A stretch of DNA of 40,705 bases from a virus. Below, piece by piece: positions 26,024-31,195 of the stretch. The position numbers were made by a program, and so were the translations under genes. The stretch covers positions 1-40,705 of IMG/VR virus record IMGVR_UViG_3300031616_000015; one strand, given 5' to 3'. The notes under the pieces were generated by a model. The model was not told where the DNA came from. It did no database searches and saw only the letters and a program-made list of their open reading frames with translations. The first letter of the stretch is position 1. Each line of letters starts with the position of its first letter.

Positions 26024-26212
26024 CTACGGCCGATCCCCCACCATGAGCATTCCGGGCTTCGTGAGATGCGGAATCAGGACCTTCGCGTCCTTCAGTTGTG
26101 CGAGCCTGTTCGGGCGAAAGCCACTTCCGTCTCCGTCCAGCCACTCCACTCCAGAGCCAAAGCCGAAAACCCATTCCGCGTCTCGCAACGCGGCCTCACT
26201 CATCTTTGTCAT
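26024..26212 (-). CDS. Small protein (62 aa from the second ATG: MTKMSEAALRD...), a member of the MGM(N/T)K cassette family
   Basis: Track ORF 26024..26218. The second ATG (26212) lies 7 nt after the TAGGCT -10 box, so I prefer a leaderless start there. Confidence 0.5.
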   Translation of the reverse strand: MTKMSEAALRDAEWVFGFGSGVEWLDGDGSGFRPNRLAQLKDAKVLIPHLTKPGMLMVGDRP

Positions 26213-26218
26213 ACCCAT

Positions 26219-26253
26219 AGCCTAGTTGACATCCCATCAGGATGTCAACTAGG
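26219..26253 (-). promoter_or_regulatory. Palindromic operator/promoter: CCTAGTTGACATCC-catca-GGATGTCAACTAGG, then TAGGCT (-10) and ATGGGTATG
   Basis: 14-bp perfect inverted arms read directly at 26221-26253. On the - strand, TTGACA (26243-26248) is followed by N18 and then TAGGCT (26219-26224). Confidence 0.55.
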
Positions 26254-26265
26254 CCAGCAAGATTG

Positions 26266-26364
26266 TTACGGCTTGCGCCTGCACGTTCCCAGGAACTCTG
26301 CGAACGTCCCTACGAACGCGCCGATCACGAGCCCTAGCGCAATGTGCATGATGAGCAGCGTCAC
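26266..26364 (-). CDS. Possible micro-protein with one TM segment (32 aa: VTLLIMHIALGLVIGAFVGTFAEFLGTCRRKP)
   Basis: Hand translation. Third-position GC is high (about 27 of 32 codons end in G/C). There is no clear SD, and ATG 26349 is an alternative start. Confidence 0.3.
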   Translation of the reverse strand: MTLLIMHIALGLVIGAFVGTFAEFLGTCRRKP

Positions 26365-26539
26365 GGCCGATGCCCGGTCAGTACGCCGCGTACACGGCCG
26401 TGTGGCCGCGCCCAGTACGGAGCTACGGCTTCCACCACGGTCTCTTGGGTGTGCCGCTGGTTCCGTGTGTGGTGTTCTTCGGTTTCTTCGGCTTGCGAGG
26501 TGGGATTGCCCCGCCCGCCAACGGTTTCTTCGGCACCCA

Positions 26540-26917
26540 TCAGCCGATCCGCTTGTACGAATCGATGCTGTTGTTGAACGGCGAAGCCATCGAACCGGAC
26601 GAGTTGGCGTAGATCAGGCCACGCGTACCGGCGCACCCGACACCGGTCCACACGTAGTACTGATGGTCGGTGCGGTTCCAGATGTAAGACGTCTGGCCAC
26701 CGTAGCCGCCCAGCGCCAGGCACTCGCCGGGGGACGTGTCAGCGTCGTCGTGGTCGACCATCGGGTACCACGAGCCAGACGTGTCGAAGAAACAGATGGC
26801 GTCTGCCGTACACACACCTACGGCCTGCGCGGGTTGAGCGGCCAGGAGGGTCAACCCCAACGCGAGGCACAACACTCCGAAGACCGCGAGCGCCTTGTTC
26901 GTGAACCGATTGATCAT
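26540..26917 (-). CDS. Secreted small protein (125 aa) with a signal peptide. It resembles the peptidase-inhibitor I36 / beta-gamma-crystallin-like family.
   Basis: GGAGG SD before ATG 26917. The signal peptide is ...LALGLTLLAAQPAQA|VG. The Cys pattern and the motifs ICFFD, SYIWNRTD, GCAG and FNNSIDSYKRI resemble actinobacterial I36-family proteins (from memory). Confidence 0.65.
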   Translation of the reverse strand: MINRFTNKALAVFGVLCLALGLTLLAAQPAQAVGVCTADAICFFDTSGSWYPMVDHDDADTSPGECLALGGYGGQTSYIWNRTDHQYYVWTGVGCAGTRGLIYANSSGSMASPFNNSIDSYKRIG

Positions 26918-26947
26918 CTTTCCTCCAGTGAGACAGGTCGGAAAAGA

Positions 26948-26989
26948 GCACGGGACCTAAGCATCCCACACCCATCGTGCACTTGTCAA
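26948..26989 (-). promoter_or_regulatory. Promoter for the secreted-protein gene: CTAGTTGACA-N17/18-(G)GATGCT, followed by a 24-nt conserved leader
   Basis: The - strand reads cgaCTAGTTGACAagtgcacgatggGTGTGGGATGCTTAGGTCCCGTGCtc...GGAGGaaagATG. The 24-nt block recurs inverted at 27791-27814. Confidence 0.45.
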
Positions 26990-27047
26990 CTAGTCGATCG
27001 GACAGAGAACGCGCCCCGAGGGGCGCGCCTCGCGTTCCTCCTGTCGA

Positions 27048-27233
27048 TCAGGCAACCACCACCCCGGCGTCCGTACGAACGATCAGGCCCATGTCTTCCA
27101 GCTTGCACAGGGAGTTGATGTTCATTCCTGCAACGCGGTGGTGGAAGTCTGCAATCGAGCCGACCTCAACGAGCTTCGCGAGGGTCTTGTTGTCGGTGGC
27201 GGAAAGCTTCGGGGCCTTGCTCGTCTTGTTCAT
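27048..27233 (-). CDS. Small protein (61 aa from the second ATG: MNKTSKAPKLSATDNKTLAKLVEVG...LEDMGLIVRTD); possible winged-helix DNA binder
   Basis: Track ORF 27048..27239. The second ATG lies exactly 7 nt after the TAGGCT box. The first 33 nt are identical to those of 27493..27720. Confidence 0.55.
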   Translation of the reverse strand: MNKTSKAPKLSATDNKTLAKLVEVGSIADFHHRVAGMNINSLCKLEDMGLIVRTDAGVVVA

Positions 27234-27239
27234 ACCCAT

Positions 27240-27273
27240 AGCCTAGTTGACATGCCCGAGCATGTCAACTAGG
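27240..27273 (-). promoter_or_regulatory. Palindromic operator/promoter: CCTAGTTGACATGC-ccga-GCATGTCAACTAGG, with TAGGCT as the -10 box
   Basis: 14-bp perfect inverted arms at 27242-27273. On the - strand, TTGACA (27263-27268) is followed by N17 and then TAGGCT (27240-27245). Confidence 0.55.
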
Positions 27274-27296
27274 TGGGCAGGAATTCCTCAAGATTT

Positions 27297-27491
27297 TCAG
27301 GCAATCAAGTCCCTGACTTCGATCCACCAATGGTGACCCTGGCCGTTCTTTTCGCGATATACCTTGGGGGCCTTGATCCACTCCAACTCCCACCAACCAC
27401 GCTCGTTCATGCCTTCCATGGGCTTGACGAGTCGGGCAGTACCTACCCGGCGGTACTGAATCATCGCGCCGGGGATCAACTTCGCTGTCAC
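27297..27491 (-). CDS. Hypothetical Trp-rich protein (64 aa)
   Basis: Track ORF. Its GTG start lies 1 nt after the stop of the upstream gene. Confidence 0.5.
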   Translation of the reverse strand: MTAKLIPGAMIQYRRVGTARLVKPMEGMNERGWWELEWIKAPKVYREKNGQGHHWWIEVRDLIA

Positions 27492-27492
27492 G

Positions 27493-27714
27493 TCACACCG
27501 CCCGGTAGTACGTCTCGGTGAACTGCTGGCCGTTCAGGACACGGGAGTCGACCGTGAGCCGGTTCTCCCGAGTGACGATGCCCTTCTTGGCGAGCGCGTA
27601 GATCGCGGCGAGGTTTCCACCTGCGAAGCGGTAATCCGTCTCACTCATCTCGATCGTACCCAGGATTTCTAGAGCCTTGGCTTGAGTCTTGGGGAGTGCG
27701 CTCGTCTTGTTCAT
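27493..27714 (-). CDS. Small protein (73 aa from the second ATG: MNKTSALPKTQAKALEILG...LAKKGIVTREN); possible winged-helix DNA binder
   Basis: Track ORF 27493..27720. It has the same leader, N-terminus and promoter geometry as 27048..27233. Confidence 0.55.
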   Translation of the reverse strand: MNKTSALPKTQAKALEILGTIEMSETDYRFAGGNLAAIYALAKKGIVTRENRLTVDSRVLNGQQFTETYYRAV

Positions 27715-27720
27715 ACCCAT

Positions 27721-27753
27721 AGCCTAGTTGACACCCCCGAGGATGTCAACTAG
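27721..27753 (-). promoter_or_regulatory. Imperfect palindromic operator/promoter: CCTAGTTGACACCC-ccga-GGATGTCAACTAG, with TAGGCT as the -10 box
   Basis: Read directly. On the - strand, TTGACA (27744-27749) is followed by N17 and then TAGGCT (27721-27726). Confidence 0.55.
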
Positions 27754-27772
27754 AACGAGGAAGATTCTTCGG

Positions 27773-27814
27773 TTGACAACATGTCAACTAGTGTGGGATG
27801 CTTAGGTCCCGTGC
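27773..27814 (+). promoter_or_regulatory. Candidate + strand (antisense) promoter: TTGACA-N17/18-(G)GATGCT plus the same 24-nt block as 26948-26971
   Basis: The sequence reads ggTTGACAacatgtcaactagtGTGGGATGCTTAGGTCCCGTGCc. Its geometry is identical to the - strand promoter at 26948-26989, but it points into the antisense of genes 27826..28427. Confidence 0.35.
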
Positions 27815-27825
27815 CTGATTCCGGC

Positions 27826-27957
27826 TCAGGCGTTGAGCGGACCGTGCTCGCCCGCATAGTCACACGCGAGGCAGACTCGCACGCCGTGATCGGCCAGAGG
27901 GACCAGCCCCCGCGCGCACCACTTGCAGATCTCACGGGCCGCGCGCGCCACGCTCAC
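27826..27957 (-). CDS. Zinc-ribbon micro-protein (43 aa: VSVARAAREICKWCARGLVPLADHGVRVCLACDYAGEHGPLNA). It is below the ORF-track cutoff.
   Basis: Hand translation. The GTG start makes a GTGA overlap with the stop of 27954..28427. It carries two CxxC pairs. Confidence 0.55.
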   Translation of the reverse strand: MSVARAAREICKWCARGLVPLADHGVRVCLACDYAGEHGPLNA

Positions 27958-28427
27958 GCCAGGTCCTCCGGAGCCACGCCCTCGATCGAATACTTCACGG
28001 TCGCGGTGGTTTCGGTCTTCGTGGCCGCATCGAGCCCGAGGCGCGTCGCGAGCGTGTTATCCGCCTTCAGTGCGGTGGCGAGCGCTCGATCCCGAGCGGC
28101 GTAGTCGCGCACGATCGCGCCAGTCTCGGGGTCGTACAGGATGTTGCCGTCCTTGCCCACGGCCACCGGCGCGCCAGCCATCTCGACCATCGCCACGGCC
28201 TGATCCTTGACGTACTTGATCAGCTCGATGGATTCCTGAATCAGCTCAGCACGGTCGATCGGCGGAATGGAATCGCGAACGTCTTTCTCGATCTGAGCAA
28301 CACGCTGTTGCGAGATTCCGTAATGCTCGGCGCACCATGCCTGCGTCTTGCCACGCAGTGAGATCCATCGCCAGATCTCTCCGTTGCGACCTTCAAGCTT
28401 GGTTTCGTCTCCCGGACGCCCAGCCAT
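27954..28427 (-). CDS. HTH DNA-binding protein (157 aa); candidate small terminase subunit
   Basis: Internal ATG 28427 of track ORF 27954..28457. The HTH-like segment is GKTQAWCAEHYGISQQRVAQIEKDV. Its size and position upstream of terL fit a small terminase. There is no other candidate of suitable size. Confidence 0.55.
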   Translation of the reverse strand: MAGRPGDETKLEGRNGEIWRWISLRGKTQAWCAEHYGISQQRVAQIEKDVRDSIPPIDRAELIQESIELIKYVKDQAVAMVEMAGAPVAVGKDGNILYDPETGAIVRDYAARDRALATALKADNTLATRLGLDAATKTETTATVKYSIEGVAPEDLA

Positions 28428-28434
28428 AAGTTGA

Positions 28435-29025
28435 TCATCCGCAACTAGAGTTGACAAGCCACGTTTTCAACGCTTTGAAAGAAAGCGCCGAGAGTGGCAA
28501 TTCTGGACCCCATGTCCATACGCTCGACCACTTCCATTCGAGCTTGGAAGCGGGAGACGAGTAGACGGCGCACGCGCGGTTTCGCGTCATCGCGTGACGG
28601 CCGAAGCGAAGACCGATCGAATGCGTCATTTGGAGCGGCCTCCCTGTCGATGCGTGCGTGTTGTTGCCGCAAGCATACCCCCGGCGCACCTCCCATCCGC
28701 AACCTTCCGCCAGTGCCTGCAACTTGAGCACGGACGCGGGCCACGGGAAGTCGGGCACGACATCCGCACGGGAGCTGATCAGCGGCGCGGGGAACACCTC
28801 GATCTCAACCTCACGCGCAACGTACGTGCCCATCGGGTAGCCGACCACAGGCCTGTACGCGCCAGCCTCGCCGCCGCGTCCGGCTACCTCGAGACACGCA
28901 CCGCACCGTGCCACCCGAGCGCGCTCCGGCGTGCACAGGGCATCGTTCGCACCGCACGAGGTGCACCGTGCCCACACGAGGTGGGATGCGGGCACCTCGC
29001 GCGGCTCTTCAAAGTCAAGCGTCAC
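28435..29025 (-). CDS. Hypothetical protein with an N-terminal Cys4 motif (196 aa; CTSCG...CGAC)
   Basis: Track ORF with a GTG start in an operon of overlapping genes. Confidence 0.55.
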   Translation of the reverse strand: MTLDFEEPREVPASHLVWARCTSCGANDALCTPERARVARCGACLEVAGRGGEAGAYRPVVGYPMGTYVAREVEIEVFPAPLISSRADVVPDFPWPASVLKLQALAEGCGWEVRRGYACGNNTHASTGRPLQMTHSIGLRFGRHAMTRNRACAVYSSPASKLEWKWSSVWTWGPELPLSALSFKALKTWLVNSSCG

Positions 29026-29278
29026 GGCGCTGCCTCTTCAGTTCGCTCTTCCGTGCATACACGCTCACGCCGATCCCGGATGCACGGAACGCTTCCTTGC
29101 GTTCCTTGTGCGTGCCGCTGAGGTATTCCCTGGCCGATCCGGTCAGCTTGACGCAGCGGCGTCCGGCGATGACCTCGCATCGCGGGCACGCGATACGACG
29201 ACAGTCGTCCGCGCGCAATCCGCCACCCGGAACGAATCCCGAGCCACGTGAATTGATGACACCCTTGACGTATGTCAC
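29015..29278 (-). CDS. Small basic Cys-rich protein (87 aa; CRRIACPRC...RRC)
   Basis: Track ORF with a GTGA overlap to the RusA stop. Confidence 0.5.
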   Translation of the reverse strand: MTYVKGVINSRGSGFVPGGGLRADDCRRIACPRCEVIAGRRCVKLTGSAREYLSGTHKERKEAFRASGIGVSVYARKSELKRQRRDA

Positions 29279-29793
29279 GGGATCTCCTCTGGGTCTCTAG
29301 CGGCCAGCACGGACACTTCCACGCCCGCCTTCTCGCCGTTCCGTGCCCACCGTTTCCACGTTCCTCGACTGCCGATGACAAGCGAATCATCTTTGATCAG
29401 ACCCGACTGGGTAAGCGCATCCAGTAGGTTTCTGAGTAGCTTGTCCCAATCACCAATGTCGATGGATGTGGGATGGTCGACATCGTGCGAAGGCCATAGT
29501 TCGCCTGCCACGCCAATCTGCCGATGGAAGCGGAACACGCATTCGATTTCGACTGCCCCGGCGTACGGTTCGGGCTCGAATCCGAGGACCTTGTTGCCAG
29601 CCTTGACGGGCGTGATTCCGAACTGTTTGCGGATGTGCCGCACCATCGCGTTCTTCCACGGCACCGCGAATTTGCCGGATTCCACGAGATGCACGACCAT
29701 CCGGCCGCCCTTGCCCCGCGACAGTTCGGGAGTGAGCGACCCCTTCGTGTGGGGCCGCCCCTCCACGAAGAATCGGGCGAGAGGTTCGCTCAC
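29275..29793 (-). CDS. rusA: RusA-family Holliday junction resolvase (172 aa)
   Basis: The N-terminal FFVEGRPHTKGS and the DIGDWDKLLRNLLDALTQSGLIKDDSLV block match the RusA pattern (D-x-D-N/K...D-a-l...DD), recalled from memory. Confidence 0.7.
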   Translation of the reverse strand: MSEPLARFFVEGRPHTKGSLTPELSRGKGGRMVVHLVESGKFAVPWKNAMVRHIRKQFGITPVKAGNKVLGFEPEPYAGAVEIECVFRFHRQIGVAGELWPSHDVDHPTSIDIGDWDKLLRNLLDALTQSGLIKDDSLVIGSRGTWKRWARNGEKAGVEVSVLAARDPEEIP

Positions 29794-29987
29794 TTGACCG
29801 GGAACAGCTTGTCAAGTTCCCGGTCCTTGAGCCGTTCCGCCCGGATCGAGCCGCGCAGCGTCAGTCCGCCGTTCTCCCCGATCAAGCCCGCGTTGAACAG
29901 TTGACGCATTTCTGGCCCGATCGCCCGCGTTGCCGCCCCGACGTGGTACCCGAGCGCGTCCTTGAGCAGTTCATCGTTTGTTCTCAT
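29790..29987 (-). CDS. Small protein (65 aa), leaderless; possible winged-helix-like DNA binder
   Basis: Track ORF. ATG 29987 lies 7 nt after the -10 box of the 29995-30023 promoter. It has a GTGA overlap with rusA. Confidence 0.6.
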   Translation of the reverse strand: MRTNDELLKDALGYHVGAATRAIGPEMRQLFNAGLIGENGGLTLRGSIRAERLKDRELDKLFPVK

Positions 29988-29994
29988 GTCAACT

Positions 29995-30023
29995 ACCCTA
30001 GTCGCTCAGGTCTGGCATGTCAA
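29995..30023 (-). promoter_or_regulatory. Promoter TTGACA-N17-TAGGGT followed by AGTTGAC-ATG (leaderless)
   Basis: The - strand reads tCTAGTTGACAtgccagacctgagcgacTAGGGTagttgacATG. The TAG at 30024-30026 is the stop codon of the upstream gene. Confidence 0.6.
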
Positions 30024-30836
30024 CTAGAACAGGAAGGTTTTGTCCTGCCAGACGTTCAACGCCGACTTCAGTTCAGCGGCGTACGCCGCGTACGCCTCAG
30101 GGTCGTGGATGGCGGACTTGATCGGCTCTCCGCACCTCCACGTACCACCTGGATGGATAACCTGCTTCGTGCACAAATGATTCAATGACGGCTCAAAGTC
30201 GTGTACCCCGCGCCCATGCCCCTCGTATGTCCGTACGAGCACCGTGTAAGCCGCTGAGGCGTCCTGTGCCGCGTTGACGGGCGCGCCCCCGACTCGGGTA
30301 CCCGCCTCGCCCGAAAGCCGCTGTACAGCCGCCTCAAGGGCCGCAACGCGCAACCTCAGGTCTTCCACGTCCGTACGAGATGCGGGCAGGGGCGTGAAGT
30401 TCGCCAGCAGGACCTTCGTGTCCCGTGCGATGTCCTCGACCAGAGCGGCTTCATGAGCGGCCAGGAGAACAGCATTCCGCGCCTGGCCCAGCGTTCCACC
30501 CCGGCGTACGCGCCATGCCCGAACTGTCTTCGCCCACGAGCCACGTTCGCCCGGACGCAGCGTCTCGCCTTCGGCGATCCATTCCACGTACCGGTATGCC
30601 AGTCGTTCGTCTTCGGCCAGGAGGCGCACCGTGGCACGCGACCGGCCGCCCCAATCCATGTCGCTGTGAACCACGCGCACCCGTTCCGCCCATTCGCCCG
30701 CCTGGCGGCATCCCCGGCACGTGGCGTCCGCCAGCCGGTTGGTCCGCATCTCGTGGTAGCCGAGCGGCAGTCCGCACGCGTTGCCCCACAAGCCTCCCGT
30801 TTCCCGTACCAACGCTCCAAGGTGAATCTCGTTCAT
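30024..30836 (-). CDS. Hypothetical protein (270 aa) with an N-terminal Cys motif and a central coiled-coil-like segment
   Basis: Internal ATG 30836 of track ORF 30024..30887, preceded by gagaggcgagag (SD-like). It is the first gene downstream of the iteron/box region. Confidence 0.6.
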   Translation of the reverse strand: MNEIHLGALVRETGGLWGNACGLPLGYHEMRTNRLADATCRGCRQAGEWAERVRVVHSDMDWGGRSRATVRLLAEDERLAYRYVEWIAEGETLRPGERGSWAKTVRAWRVRRGGTLGQARNAVLLAAHEAALVEDIARDTKVLLANFTPLPASRTDVEDLRLRVAALEAAVQRLSGEAGTRVGGAPVNAAQDASAAYTVLVRTYEGHGRGVHDFEPSLNHLCTKQVIHPGGTWRCGEPIKSAIHDPEAYAAYAAELKSALNVWQDKTFLF

Positions 30837-30894
30837 GTCTCTCGCCTCTCGTCTTGAATCGGCCAGGAAGGTCAACCCCCGAGCCACCTACCCG

Positions 30895-30943
30895 CGTCAA
30901 CTACCTACCCATCATGTCAACTAGGAATCTCTCGTGTCAACTA
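30895..30943 (-). repeat. Three direct TAGTTGAC(A/G) boxes phased at exactly 20 bp
   Basis: On the + strand the boxes read cgtcaacta (30895-30903), tgtcaacta (30915-30923) and tgtcaacta (30935-30943). Confidence 0.7.
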
Positions 30944-30983
30944 CTATTTTTCATAGAGATCCTGATCTTGAGGACTGGCAAAA

Positions 30984-31186
30984 GTACGCACGGTACGCAC
31001 GCGCCCCCTCCTAGGGTCGGGGGCGCTGGTACGCACTTACCGTCAGCCGGTATGCACCCCGGTACGCACCGGTACGCACCGCAGGTCAGAGGCGGTACGC
31101 ACTTGGTACGCACGGTACGCACCCCCGGTACGCACCCCGGTACGCACTGCCTTTTTGATCTTGGAGTGCGTACCGCAGTGCGTACC
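30984..31186. repeat. Iteron array: 11 direct copies of (G)GTACGCAC plus 2 inverted copies (GTGCGTACC); candidate replication origin or regulator-binding array
   Basis: Direct copies are at 30984, 30992, 31028, 31049 (GGTATGCAC), 31061, 31071, 31094, 31105, 31114, 31127 and 31139. Inverted copies are at 31166 and 31178. A GC hairpin (31001-31026) lies inside the array. Flanks are AT-rich and both carry TGATCTTG (30963, 31156). Confidence 0.85.
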
Positions 31187-31195
31187 TGCGACTAT

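Noticed and set aside
25997-27118. A 373-aa + strand ORF spanning the terL start, the operator palindromes and the secreted-protein gene
   Set aside because: It runs through three promoter/operator palindromes and is antisense to several well-supported - strand genes. Its composition is Arg/Pro/Ser-rich and non-protein-like.
26948-27814. The 24-bp inverted repeats as terminal inverted repeats of an insertion sequence or MITE
   Set aside because: There is no transposase between them, and no target-site duplication is visible next to the repeats. Each repeat sits in identical register with a TTGACA -35 box, so a duplicated promoter/leader explains it better.
28440-28462. A degenerate box region (caacTAGAGTTGACAagcc on +, TCTAGTTGCGG on -) as the promoter of the HTH/small-terminase-like gene
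   Set aside because: I could not find any -35/-10 pair with acceptable spacing relative to ATG 28427. The gene may simply be co-transcribed with the upstream operon.
30984-31186. Possible CRISPR array (many short direct repeats)
   Set aside because: The repeat unit is only 9 bp. Spacings are 0-27 bp and irregular. There are no spacer-sized unique segments and no cas genes. The architecture fits iterons, not CRISPR.
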